The notes: generated by a model from the letters alone, not told the origin. Shown: positions 49,500-59,688, counted from the stretch's first letter. The stretch is DNA of 64,000 nucleotides from an uncultured Polaribacter sp. (GCF_947500975.1 NZ_CANMUE010000008.1:16690-80689); one strand, 5' to 3'. Numbers and translations are program-made.

Positions 49500-49528
49500 A
49501 AAACCCAACTCTATGAGTTGGGTTTTTT
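49500..49528. terminator. Intrinsic terminator
   Basis: AAAACCCAACTC-tat-GAGTTGGGTTTT followed by T's. Confidence 0.85.
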
Positions 49529-49586
49529 GTTAAATTAAATTTGATGTTTATAAAGACAAACTTTTAAAAAAGTTCTTTTTTATTTT

Positions 49587-50093
49587 TTAATCAAAGCTTT
49601 TATCCATTTGATATTGTTTAACTTCTATAACCATATCATTCTTAAAAATTAACTCCAAACATTCTTGTTGCTCGTTAAATGCACCAGGTTTAAAACCTAA
49701 ATTATAATTCCATTTTTCTGATGAATTTACTTTTAAACTATCATCCCAACCAAACCACTCACTGCTTCCTAAAGCTTCTTTCACCTCTTTTTTAGTTTTG
49801 TCAATAAATAAATTATTTTCTATTATTTGATTGCTCATTTCATAACGCAAAGCAGGTTTTTCTTTCCAAGCAGTTTCATTAAAATATTTTTCATGATGAT
49901 AACTACTAAAAATATTTAATAAAGGATAAAAAAGATAAAAATACACAACAGGTGTAAGTAATAAACTTACTAAAATACTTAACCATTTTCTATCGTCTAT
50001 CGTCTTAATAAAAAGCCATAGCAATATGAATACGATTGTTAAAAAAACAAAAAAACTAGGATATAGAATCATTTTTGATGATATTTTAGGCAA
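49587..50093 (-). CDS. Hypothetical membrane protein, SmpA/OmlA-like C-terminal domain
   Basis: Two N-terminal TM helices; KTKKEV..ALG and W.YNLG; start may be ATG 50072. Confidence 0.65.
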   Translation of the reverse strand: MPKISSKMILYPSFFVFLTIVFILLWLFIKTIDDRKWLSILVSLLLTPVVYFYLFYPLLNIFSSYHHEKYFNETAWKEKPALRYEMSNQIIENNLFIDKTKKEVKEALGSSEWFGWDDSLKVNSSEKWNYNLGFKPGAFNEQQECLELIFKNDMVIEVKQYQMDKSFD

Positions 50094-50307
50094 TTACTTC
50101 TATAAAAAAGTAACTTTATAAATCTAGTACGAATTTATAAAAATTTAAATTTCTAAGATGATTTCTTTATTCCTTTTTTAGCAAAACTACACAATTGACT
50201 TTCTTAAAAAAATGACTAACTTCGTTTAACTTTTGATTTAAAACATTAAAATGTTGTATATCAATGTTAGTTGTAAAACATCTGTTATAAAATTGAACCC
50301 AAATATT

Positions 50308-51804
50308 ATGATTAAACTTTTACTTTTTATTACCCTAATAACATCTTTTACTTTTTTTAGTCAAACTCAAATAGCTTCTAGTATTTACGGAGAAGCAGCT
50401 GAAGATCATTCCGGTTGGGGTGTTAGTTTATCAAGTGATGGAAATATAGTAGCTGTTGGAGCATATAAAAATGATGGATTAAATGGAGAAGATTCTGGTC
50501 ACGTCCGCATATATAAAAATACGAATGGAACATGGGTACAAATTGGTGATGATATTGATGGAGAGGCTGCAGGAGATTATTCAGGATATTACGTAAGCTT
50601 ATCAAGTGACGGAAATATAGTAGCCATTGGCGCTAAATATAACAGTGATTCAGGCTTCTGGTCTGGTCATGTCCGTATCTATGAAAATATTAACGATGTT
50701 TGGACACAAATAGGGCAAGATATAGATGGTCGAGCTTCTTATGATGAATTCGGAAGAACTTTGAGTTTATCAAGTGATGGAAATACATTGGCTATTGGAG
50801 CATACAATAATGACGGCTTAAATGGGCAAGATTCTGGTTACGTAAGTGTATACAAAAACATGAATGCAACATGGGTACAAATAGGTGATGACATAGAGGG
50901 TGAAACAGTAGGTGATAGGTTTGGTTATAGTGTAAGTCTGTCTAGTGAAGGAAGCATAGTAGCCATTGGGGCAAACAGAAATGATGGAGTAAACGGTGAA
51001 GATTCTGGTCATGTACGTATATATAAAAATATAAATAATGTTTGGACTCAAATTGGACAAGATATAGATGGAGAAGCTGAAAGGGATGGCTCTGGTATTG
51101 CTGTTAGCCTATCAAATGATGGAAATATAGTAGCAATTGGAGCTGCGCTTAATGATGGTGTAAATAAACCAGGAGTTGGTCATGTTAGAATATATAAAAA
51201 TATTAATGGTGTATGGACACAAATAGGTGATGATATTGACGGTGAAGCAGCTGGGGATTTGTCAGGTTACGGATTATGTTTATCTGGTGATGGTAGCATT
51301 GTTGCGATTGGTGCTCGATACAACAATACAAATGATACTACCTACTCTTCTGGACATGTACGTATATATAAAAATATAAATAATGAATGGACACAAATAG
51401 GTGTTGATATAGACGGAGAATCTCTACATGATTTTTCAGGTGTTGGAGTAAGCCTATCTAATGATGGTTCAATTATTGCAATTGGCACATATGGAAATGA
51501 TAATATTAATGGAGAAGATGCTGGTAATGTTAAGGTTTTTGATTTAAGTGCAACACTAAGTTTAAATAACTCAATATCATCTCTATTTAAAATATATCCA
51601 AATCCTTCTTCTAATAAAATATCAATAGAATTAGAACCTGGATTAAAATTGAAAAAAGCAACACTTTATAATTTATTAGGACAATCTGTAAAAGAAGCAT
51701 TTCACCCCATTATTGATGTTTCTTCTTTAGTCAAAGGATTTTATATAATAGAAATTGAAACTACTGTTAAAGGAAAAACAACTAAAAAAATCATGGTTGA
51801 ATAA
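50308..51804 (+). CDS. T9SS-secreted protein with seven FG-GAP-like repeats (beta-propeller)
   Basis: Signal peptide from ATG 50308; seven approx. 57-aa units G..VSLS.DG..VAIGA..ND....SGHVRIY....W.QIG.DIDG; C-terminal IYPNP...GFYIIEI. Confidence 0.88.
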   Translation: MIKLLLFITLITSFTFFSQTQIASSIYGEAAEDHSGWGVSLSSDGNIVAVGAYKNDGLNGEDSGHVRIYKNTNGTWVQIGDDIDGEAAGDYSGYYVSLSSDGNIVAIGAKYNSDSGFWSGHVRIYENINDVWTQIGQDIDGRASYDEFGRTLSLSSDGNTLAIGAYNNDGLNGQDSGYVSVYKNMNATWVQIGDDIEGETVGDRFGYSVSLSSEGSIVAIGANRNDGVNGEDSGHVRIYKNINNVWTQIGQDIDGEAERDGSGIAVSLSNDGNIVAIGAALNDGVNKPGVGHVRIYKNINGVWTQIGDDIDGEAAGDLSGYGLCLSGDGSIVAIGARYNNTNDTTYSSGHVRIYKNINNEWTQIGVDIDGESLHDFSGVGVSLSNDGSIIAIGTYGNDNINGEDAGNVKVFDLSATLSLNNSISSLFKIYPNPSSNKISIELEPGLKLKKATLYNLLGQSVKEAFHPIIDVSSLVKGFYIIEIETTVKGKTTKKIMVE

Positions 51805-51999
51805 ACGTTTTACAACAATGAATAAAATTAATACATACTTTAGTGTTTAACGCGATGTTTAGTCTGTTTTTTAATTTCCGCCAAATTTTTTGATTTGGCT
51901 TTGGAACAGAAAAAAAATAAAAAGTTTTGGCCAAGTGCTTAATCGAAAGTTCTCCACTTTTAATTCCCTTACTAACCCTAGCAAAACCCTTAAACAAAC

Positions 52000-52365
52000 C
52001 TACTCCAAAATCTTAATAAAATCTTCGAAAGCAACATAATAAGGTTGGTCTTTAAAAACAGGGTTTTCAACACTTTCTGCATTTGCAATTCCTACCCCTG
52101 CAAACCACACTTTAGCATTTTGTTTTTTGGCATGCTCTTTAAAAGTTTCCATCCAAAGAACATCATATTCTTCTGGATTCTGAATATTATTGGTTGCTTT
52201 TACCAACACAAAAATAGTAGGTTCTCCTTTTTTAAATAACACAAACTGCGGGTGTCTTTTTAACTGACTATTAATGGCTTGAAATTCGTAACCCATTTTC
52301 TGTAACTTTTTGCCAACTATATTCATTGCCAAATTATGCAATTCTTGTGCTGTTAAAACCTGCAT
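52000..52365 (-). CDS. Conserved hypothetical protein, translationally coupled to the helicase gene
   Basis: 121-aa ORF, TAATG coupling; LQKMGYEFQAINS...HPQFV...FVLVKA. Confidence 0.75.
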   Translation of the reverse strand: MQVLTAQELHNLAMNIVGKKLQKMGYEFQAINSQLKRHPQFVLFKKGEPTIFVLVKATNNIQNPEEYDVLWMETFKEHAKKQNAKVWFAGVGIANAESVENPVFKDQPYYVAFEDFIKILE

Positions 52366-53717
52366 TATTTTTTCTTATTACGTTTGTTGTAATTTTTATC
52401 TCCTCTAGTTTTTGGTTTCTTATATTTCTTGGCAATTTCTCTTCTATAAGAACCTCCTTGATTGGTTTTACTATTCTTTTGACTCTTTTCATGAAAAGCT
52501 GGCCCTGGCACATACTCTAAACCAGTTCTGTTTTTAGATTGCTCTCTATCTTCTTTAGGGCGTTCATCTTCAGTAAGCATAGTAGAAATTTCTACTGATT
52601 CAGGAATCTCTAAAACAGGAATCTTATAATCCATCAATTCTTCTATTTTTTCTTTAGAAACCTGTTCTTTTTTAGTTGAAAATAAAATAGTTTTTCCTTC
52701 TTTTTCTGCACGACCCGTTCTACCTATTCTGTGCATATAATTTTCAGGAAAATCTGGCGTATCAAAATTAATTACGTGACTAACGTTGTCAAAATCTAAA
52801 CCACGAGCCATTACATCTGTTGCTAATAAAATTCTATTTTTACCTTCATCAAACTGCCTAATAGAACGTATTCTGTAATTCTGAGTTTTATTAGAGTGAA
52901 TAACACATGATTCGCTACCAAATACTTCTTCTAAATGCTTAAATAACAAATCTGCGGTTCTTTTAAAGGATACAAAAATTAAAACTTTATGAAATTTTTG
53001 CTTGTCTTTTAAAAGTAAATGCAACAAATTTACTTTGGTAAAAAAGTTAGGAAGATTATATGAAACCTGTTCAATATTATCTAACGGAGTTCCACTAACA
53101 GCAATTGAAATTTTTTCAGGATTTTTAAAGAAATCGTATAGCAAAGCATCAACATCATCTGTCATGGTTGCAGAAAACAAAATATTTTGTCTTCTGTCAG
53201 GCAAAACATCTAAAATATTAACTAGTTGAAATCTAAAACCTAAATCTAACATTACATCAACTTCATCAATCACTAATTTTTGAATAGTTTTTAGCTTTAA
53301 AACGTTACTCAATGCTAAATCATACAAACGTCCTGGAGTTGCAACAATAATATCTTGACCTTGTGCAATAGCTTGTTTTTGAGTGTTGATATTTGTACCT
53401 CCGTAAACCCCTAAAACACGCACATTTATATATTTTGCAAGCTTTTCTATTTCATCAACAACTTGCAAAACCAATTCACGAGTTGGCACTAAAACCAAAA
53501 CTCTTGGGTGTTGCGTTTTTAAAAACTTTAAATCTCTTAAAATTGGCATCATGTACGCAAAGGTTTTTCCTGTTCCTGTTTGCGCAATTCCAACTACATC
53601 TTTACCAGATCTAACAACAGAAAATGCTTGTTCTTGAATTGGCGTAGGATTTTTAAATCCTAAATCATCAATAGCGTATTGTAACTGATTAGATAAATCT
53701 AAATCTTCAAAAGTCAT
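52365..53717 (-). CDS. DEAD/DEAH-box RNA helicase
   Basis: Q motif PTPIQ, AQTGTGKT, PTREL, TPGRL, DEVD, SAT, ARGLD, HRIGRTGRA; start at ATG 53717 after promoter element TACCTTTG (53741-53734). Confidence 0.96.
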   Translation of the reverse strand: MTFEDLDLSNQLQYAIDDLGFKNPTPIQEQAFSVVRSGKDVVGIAQTGTGKTFAYMMPILRDLKFLKTQHPRVLVLVPTRELVLQVVDEIEKLAKYINVRVLGVYGGTNINTQKQAIAQGQDIIVATPGRLYDLALSNVLKLKTIQKLVIDEVDVMLDLGFRFQLVNILDVLPDRRQNILFSATMTDDVDALLYDFFKNPEKISIAVSGTPLDNIEQVSYNLPNFFTKVNLLHLLLKDKQKFHKVLIFVSFKRTADLLFKHLEEVFGSESCVIHSNKTQNYRIRSIRQFDEGKNRILLATDVMARGLDFDNVSHVINFDTPDFPENYMHRIGRTGRAEKEGKTILFSTKKEQVSKEKIEELMDYKIPVLEIPESVEISTMLTEDERPKEDREQSKNRTGLEYVPGPAFHEKSQKNSKTNQGGSYRREIAKKYKKPKTRGDKNYNKRNKKK

Positions 53718-53819
53718 TCTAAATAATTTTATGCAAAGGTACGTTTTATAAAAAAGCTTATCAATATTGGTTTCACATTTAATATCATTAGTTTTGTTGA
53801 TGAAAATTGATCTAAAAAA

Positions 53820-54584
53820 ATGATTACAGACACACATACACACTTATATTCTGAACAATTTGATGAAGACAGAAAAGAAATGATGCAACGCGCAAAAGAC
53901 AACGGAGTTTCTCGTTTTTTTATTCCTGCCATAGATTCTTCGTATACAGAAAGCATGTTTTTGTTGGAAAAAGAATACCCAAATGATGTGTTTTTAATGA
54001 TGGGTTTGCATCCAACTTCTGTAAAAGAAAATTATCTTGAAGAACTACAACATGTAAAAAGTTGGATTGATAAAAAAGATTTTTTTGCTATTGGAGAAAT
54101 TGGTATCGATTTATACTGGGATAAAACTTTTTTACTTCAACAACAAGAAGCTTTTATAACTCAAATTAAATGGGCAAAAGAAAAAAAACTACCAATTGTT
54201 ATTCACTGTAGAGATGCTTTTGATGAAATTTTTGAAGTTTTAGAAACTGAAAAAAGTGAGGGTTTAAGAGGGGTTTTTCACTGTTTTACAGGAACTCTAG
54301 AACAAGCAAAAAAAGCTATTTCTTATAATATGAAGTTAGGTATTGGTGGTGTTGTTACTTTTAAAAACGGAAAGATTGATAAATTTCTAAATGAAATCGA
54401 TTTAAAACATATTGTTTTAGAAACAGATGCACCTTATTTAGCTCCTACCCCATATAGAGGCAAAAGAAACGAAAGTTCTTATATTACAAATGTTATTGAT
54501 AAATTAGTAGATATTTATGATGTTTCTTTCGATGAAATATTAAAAATTACAACTCAAAACTCTAAAGACGTTTTTGGTATATAA
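53820..54584 (+). CDS. tatD: TatD family hydrolase
   Basis: DTHTH, IGEIGID, IHCRDA, FHCF, ETDAPYL. Confidence 0.96.
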   Translation: MITDTHTHLYSEQFDEDRKEMMQRAKDNGVSRFFIPAIDSSYTESMFLLEKEYPNDVFLMMGLHPTSVKENYLEELQHVKSWIDKKDFFAIGEIGIDLYWDKTFLLQQQEAFITQIKWAKEKKLPIVIHCRDAFDEIFEVLETEKSEGLRGVFHCFTGTLEQAKKAISYNMKLGIGGVVTFKNGKIDKFLNEIDLKHIVLETDAPYLAPTPYRGKRNESSYITNVIDKLVDIYDVSFDEILKITTQNSKDVFGI

Positions 54585-55066
54585 TGCAAGAAATAAAAAC
54601 AACTTACTATAAAACACCTATAGGAACTGCAAAAATTGCAGGAAACGAAAACGGAATTCAATCTGTTTCTGTTTTAGATGAAGACATTAAAACATCTTCA
54701 GAAATTCCTGAATGTTTACAAGCTTGTGTTGTTCAATTAGACCAATATTTTGCTGGAGAAAGAACTAATTTTGATTTAAAATTAAATCCACAGGGAACAA
54801 TATTTCAGAAAAAAGTTTGGCAGGAATTACTTAATATTCCTTTTAATAAAACCAGAACGTATTTAGAACAAAGCAAAGCTTTAGGCAATGCAAAAGCAAT
54901 AAGAGCAGTTGCAACTGCCAATGGCAAAAACCCTATTTGGATTATTATTCCCTGTCATAGAGTTATTGGTTCTGATGGTTCTTTAACAGGTTACGCAGGT
55001 GGTATTTGGCGTAAAAAATGGTTATTGGCACATGAAAACCCTGTAAAACAACAATCTTTATTTTAA
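54584..55066 (+). CDS. ogt: Methylated-DNA--protein-cysteine methyltransferase
   Basis: GT.FQKKVW, RAVA.ANG.NP..IIIPCHRV. Confidence 0.96.
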   Translation: MQEIKTTYYKTPIGTAKIAGNENGIQSVSVLDEDIKTSSEIPECLQACVVQLDQYFAGERTNFDLKLNPQGTIFQKKVWQELLNIPFNKTRTYLEQSKALGNAKAIRAVATANGKNPIWIIIPCHRVIGSDGSLTGYAGGIWRKKWLLAHENPVKQQSLF

Positions 55067-55123
55067 AGAAACTACAAAGATTAAATAACATATTTTTACG
55101 TTAGTAAGATATGATTTGTGTTT

Positions 55124-58100
55124 ATGCTTCATAAAATTCTTTTTTTTGGTTTGTTTTTAATTGGATTTTCTATCCAATCGCAAACGCTTACAAAGAATTT
55201 AATCACCAAGAAAATTCAAATAAAAAAAGACACAATCCAATTAGATTCTGTACCCATAAATCCTCAAAAATTTAAAATCTTAAATACATTAAAAACTGAA
55301 ATTTCTTCAGACAATTATAAAGTCGATTTTAATAAAGCGATAATAATAATCAACTCAAAAACATATCCAGAAATTATAGTTGAGTACTTTAGATTCCCTG
55401 ATTTTATTACCAAAATATACACACCATTTGACGAAAAATTGATTTTAGAAAACAGCAATAATAATGGTCAATTATATAGTTTAACTACCAATAAAAAGGC
55501 ATCTGAAATCAAACTTTTTGAAGGTTTGCAAACCAAAGGTTTTATTACTAGAGGAATTACCTCTGGTAACAATCAAAATGCAGTTACAAACTCAGCCTTA
55601 GATTTAGAAATTTTTGGAAAACTATCAAAAGAAGTTACCTTAAAAGCACATATTTTTGACACCAATATTCCCATTCAACAAAATGGGTATTCTCAAAATA
55701 TTACAGATTTTGATCGAATTTTTATTGAGATGTTTACAGATAATTGGAATGTTAAAGCTGGTGATATTTCTTTACAAAATAAAGAAAGTTATTTTTTACC
55801 TTTTAACAAACAAATTGCAGGTTTACAGGTAAAAGCATCTATAAATAAAAACTTACAAATAGAAGCTTCTGGAGCGGTTGTTAGAGGTAAATTTAATAGG
55901 TTTAATATTACTAGCATCGAAGGTAACCAAGGGCCTTATAAAATTTATGGCGCTAATAATGAATCTGCAATTATAATTATTGAAAACAGCGAACAAGTTT
56001 ATATAAATGGTATTCAAATAAAACGAGGAGAAAATGAGGATTATAGTATTGATTATAATTTAGGAGAAATTAGCTTTAATACAACGTTTCCAATTACAAA
56101 TGATATGAGAATTTGGATTGATTTTCAATATTCCGATAGAAATTATACACGCTTTATCACCTATGAAAAGGCTTCTTACAAAAATGAAAAATTTAGCCTA
56201 TCAGGATATTTTTATTCTGAAAATGATGCCAAAAATCAACCTCTGCAACAAGATTTAACAGTAGATCAAAAACAAATTTTAGCAAATGCTGGTAATAATA
56301 GCGATTTAATGGTTGCTGAAAGTGCGTTTTTAGACACTTTTAATGAAAACAAAATTTTATACAAAAAAGTAATTGTAGGCAACACAGAAATTTTTGAATA
56401 CTCTACAAATGAAGTAGATGAATTATACACGGTTACTTTTTCAAATGTTGGTGCAAATAATGGCGATTATATATTAGATAGAACTATTGCCATAGGAAAC
56501 ATCTTTGTTTATGCTGGCGAAAACTTAGGAAGTTATAAACCAATTATTAATCTAATTCCGCCAAATAAATATCAAACATTTGTTTTAAAATCCGATTATA
56601 ATCTTTCAAAAAAAACACAATTTAATTCTGAAATTGCATTAAGTAATAATGATGCAAATCTATTTTCTACTATTGATGATAATCAAAATACAGCCATTGC
56701 TACCAAAATTGGTTGGCAGCAAATTTTAATTGATAAAAAATGGCAATTAACAAGTAATATTAATTATGAGTTTGTAGAAAAAAACTTTAATACCGAACAA
56801 GGTTGGGAACCAATAGAGTTTAATAGAGATTGGAATATTATAACCAACAATGCTACAAAAAGTTATTTGCAATCAGATTTTATTTTAGAAAACAAAAAAA
56901 ATGGTTATGTAAAATACAGCTTTAATAATTTAACCTATAAGAACAATTTTAAAGGTAACAAACATCAATTACAATCTAAATTAAATTTCAAAAAAACTAC
57001 TCTTTCTATAAATAGCAGTTTATTAGAAAACACTTCTACAGAAGAAGATAATTTATTTTTTAGGGCAAAAGCAAAAGCAGAAAAAAGTTTTCCTAAAAAC
57101 TGGATTGGAGCATTTGTTAATTTTGAAAACAATTCTAGAAAAAATGTTAATACTCAAAATTATATCAATACAAGTCATCGTTTTAAAGAATATGAAACTT
57201 ATGTAGGAATCGGAGATTCAAGCAAAGTATTTGCAAAAATCGGTTTTAATTACAGAAAAAACGATAGTATAAAATCGAATGTATTTACTGAAATTAATAA
57301 TAGAAAAACATTTTACATCAACAGTAAAATAATTCAAAACAAGAACACTAATTTAAGTGCATTTGCAAATTATAGAATTACAAAAAACAACTTTTCTGAT
57401 GATGAAAAAGCACTAAATTCAAGAATTATTTTTAATCAGAAATTATTCAACAATTTTTTAAATATTAGTACTGTTTATGAAACTTCTTCAGGTAACATTG
57501 CGCAACAAGATTACATTTATGTACTAACTGAACCGGGCTTGGGTTTTTATACTTGGATAGATTATAATAATGATGATGTAAAAGATTTTAATGAGTTTGA
57601 AATTGCGCAGTTTCAAGACCAAGCAAATTACTTGCGTTTACCCAAACCTAACTTACAATATATAGCTACTCAACGAGCAAAATGGAAACAAACAATTACT
57701 ATAAATCCGGGTATTTGGACTACAAAAACTGGTATTAAAAAAATAATTTCTCATTTTTATAATCAAAGTTATTTATCTGTTGAAAATGAACAAGAAAGAA
57801 GTGCAAATTCGTTTCAATTAAACCCATTTGATTTTAATGAAAATACCTTAGTTGGTTTAAATTTTAACCTAAGAAATAATTTGTACTTCCGAAAAGATTT
57901 GCAAAACAATAGCATTACTTACACTTACGCTAACTCAAATATAAAACAACAATATTTTATTGGTAGCCAAGAAAATAACATTAAATTAAATCAAATAGAT
58001 TATACACATAAATTTGCTAATTTTTGGTTGCTTAATTTTATGGGAAAAGCATCTAAAAACAGTTTAGAAACAGAAAATTTTAGTGATAGAAATTACAATA

Positions 58101-58501
58101 TAAATACAAAAGAAATTTTACCAAAAATTAGTTTTTTATATAATGAGAATAACCGTTTTTCTTTCTCCTATCACTTTAAAAAGAAACTAAATAAATTAGA
58201 AGCCTTTGAAGAATTACAACAACATAAATTTGGTGGTGAATATTTTTATATTACCAAAAAAAAGAATCAAATATCAGCAAATGTAAGTGTATTTTTAAAT
58301 GATTTTATTGGAGTTACAAATACACCCGTTGCATATCAAATGTTAGAGGGCTTACAAGCCGGTGAAAATTATACTTGGAGTTTAATTTTTAATCAAAAAC
58401 TGAACTCCACTTTAAATTTAAATCTTAATTATTTAGGTAGAAAAAGTAAAAACTCAACAACTATTCATACAGGAAGCGTTCAATTAAAAGCTAATTTTTA
58501 A
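55124..58501 (+). CDS. Large outer-membrane beta-barrel protein of unknown function (about 1125 aa)
   Basis: Signal peptide, long run of amphipathic strands, C-terminal LKANF; internal SEQVYINGIQIKRGENEDYSIDYNLGEISF motif. Confidence 0.8.
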   Translation: MLHKILFFGLFLIGFSIQSQTLTKNLITKKIQIKKDTIQLDSVPINPQKFKILNTLKTEISSDNYKVDFNKAIIIINSKTYPEIIVEYFRFPDFITKIYTPFDEKLILENSNNNGQLYSLTTNKKASEIKLFEGLQTKGFITRGITSGNNQNAVTNSALDLEIFGKLSKEVTLKAHIFDTNIPIQQNGYSQNITDFDRIFIEMFTDNWNVKAGDISLQNKESYFLPFNKQIAGLQVKASINKNLQIEASGAVVRGKFNRFNITSIEGNQGPYKIYGANNESAIIIIENSEQVYINGIQIKRGENEDYSIDYNLGEISFNTTFPITNDMRIWIDFQYSDRNYTRFITYEKASYKNEKFSLSGYFYSENDAKNQPLQQDLTVDQKQILANAGNNSDLMVAESAFLDTFNENKILYKKVIVGNTEIFEYSTNEVDELYTVTFSNVGANNGDYILDRTIAIGNIFVYAGENLGSYKPIINLIPPNKYQTFVLKSDYNLSKKTQFNSEIALSNNDANLFSTIDDNQNTAIATKIGWQQILIDKKWQLTSNINYEFVEKNFNTEQGWEPIEFNRDWNIITNNATKSYLQSDFILENKKNGYVKYSFNNLTYKNNFKGNKHQLQSKLNFKKTTLSINSSLLENTSTEEDNLFFRAKAKAEKSFPKNWIGAFVNFENNSRKNVNTQNYINTSHRFKEYETYVGIGDSSKVFAKIGFNYRKNDSIKSNVFTEINNRKTFYINSKIIQNKNTNLSAFANYRITKNNFSDDEKALNSRIIFNQKLFNNFLNISTVYETSSGNIAQQDYIYVLTEPGLGFYTWIDYNNDDVKDFNEFEIAQFQDQANYLRLPKPNLQYIATQRAKWKQTITINPGIWTTKTGIKKIISHFYNQSYLSVENEQERSANSFQLNPFDFNENTLVGLNFNLRNNLYFRKDLQNNSITYTYANSNIKQQYFIGSQENNIKLNQIDYTHKFANFWLLNFMGKASKNSLETENFSDRNYNINTKEILPKISFLYNENNRFSFSYHFKKKLNKLEAFEELQQHKFGGEYFYITKKKNQISANVSVFLNDFIGVTNTPVAYQMLEGLQAGENYTWSLIFNQKLNSTLNLNLNYLGRKSKNSTTIHTGSVQLKANF

Positions 58502-58554
58502 TAATTATTGGCATTCTTTTTGATACATTTGAATTCTTAAAACAAACAATTATT

Positions 58555-59115
58555 ATGAAAAAAATTACACTACTTATTTTATTATTTATTTGTTCAATTT
58601 CTATTGCTCAAGATAAAGAAAACACGAAACTGCAAGACATAGATAAAAAGCACGAATTAAAAATTAATGCTTTCAATTTAATTGCATTTTCATCTTTAGA
58701 CCTTTCTTATGAAAGGCTAATAAACTCAGAATCTTCATATGGAATTGCTTTATTTTATAATTTTACTGATATCCAAAATGATGATATTGGCTTTCCTAAA
58801 AAATTCTCTCTAACACCTTATTATAGATGGTTTTTTTCTGAGAGAAATTATGCAAGAGGCTTTTTTGTAGAAGGTTTTGGAATGTTAAACACTTACGAAG
58901 AAAATATTTATAATTATGATGATGGTACAGAAAGTTTTGATAAAGAAACAGGGTTTGCTTTAGGTATTTCTGTTGGTGGAAAATTTGTAACAAAAAAAGG
59001 CTTTACTACAGAAGTATATTTAGGTGTTGGTAGAAACCTTATTAATGCTGACAACTCTGTTGAAATTAATGATATCGTTGGTAGATTTGGAATTTCATTA
59101 GGCTACAGGTTTTAA
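58555..59115 (+). CDS. DUF3575-like small outer-membrane beta-barrel protein
   Basis: Signal peptide; ELKINAFN, SYE..I...SS.G, TPYYR.FF, GGKFV, ends GYRF; upstream -7 element TACATTTG (58524-58531). Confidence 0.75.
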   Translation: MKKITLLILLFICSISIAQDKENTKLQDIDKKHELKINAFNLIAFSSLDLSYERLINSESSYGIALFYNFTDIQNDDIGFPKKFSLTPYYRWFFSERNYARGFFVEGFGMLNTYEENIYNYDDGTESFDKETGFALGISVGGKFVTKKGFTTEVYLGVGRNLINADNSVEINDIVGRFGISLGYRF

Positions 59116-59164
59116 AAACATACTTTAGTACAGTATAAAAACGTTATTTAAAAAAATTAAACAC

Positions 59165-59662
59165 ATGAAAAAATTAATTTTACTTTTTACAATATTTATT
59201 AGTTCATTTAGTTTTGCACAGCAAGAAATAAAAATTGATATTGCTGATGCGCTAATAATTAGAGGCCTAGAGTTTTCTTATGAGCACTATTTATCAGAGG
59301 ATTCTTCTTTTGGAGTTTCTGCTTTATTTAATTTAGCAAAACAAACTGTTGATTTTAGATACAATGAAAACACAATGATTACTCCTTATTATCGTCATTA
59401 CTTTACAACACACAGCCAATGGAACATTTTTGGTGAAGGGTTTTTAGGTATAAATTCTGGAAAAAAAGAATCTATAAAAGACTCTGGTATATATGACATA
59501 AAATATACTGATGGAGCTCTAGGAATTGCTGTAGGTACTAAATATATTGCTAAAGGTGGTTTAGTAATTGACTTATATGGTGGAATTGGACGTAATTTAT
59601 TTGGATCAGATTCGCCAATTTTAGTTCCTAGAGTTGGTTTAAACGTTGGTTGGAGATTTTAA
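59165..59662 (+). CDS. DUF3575-like small outer-membrane beta-barrel protein (tandem paralogue)
   Basis: EIKID, SYEHYLSEDSSFG, TPYYRHYF, G.KY, ends GWRF. Confidence 0.75.
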   Translation: MKKLILLFTIFISSFSFAQQEIKIDIADALIIRGLEFSYEHYLSEDSSFGVSALFNLAKQTVDFRYNENTMITPYYRHYFTTHSQWNIFGEGFLGINSGKKESIKDSGIYDIKYTDGALGIAVGTKYIAKGGLVIDLYGGIGRNLFGSDSPILVPRVGLNVGWRF

Positions 59663-59688
59663 AGAAGGAGAATATCTTTTTATGTTTA

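Noticed and set aside
50115-50141. Inverted repeat TTTATAAAT-N9-ATTTATAAA in the divergent intergenic region
   Set aside because: Entirely A/T arms in very AT-rich DNA; expected by chance.
50308-51600. DNA-level repeats that could be mistaken for a CRISPR array
   Set aside because: About 171-bp in-frame coding repeats with synonymous variation, no unique spacers and no cas genes.
53255-53270. DEVD in place of DEAD in helicase motif II
   Set aside because: All other motifs are intact and such variants are tolerated; not evidence of novelty.
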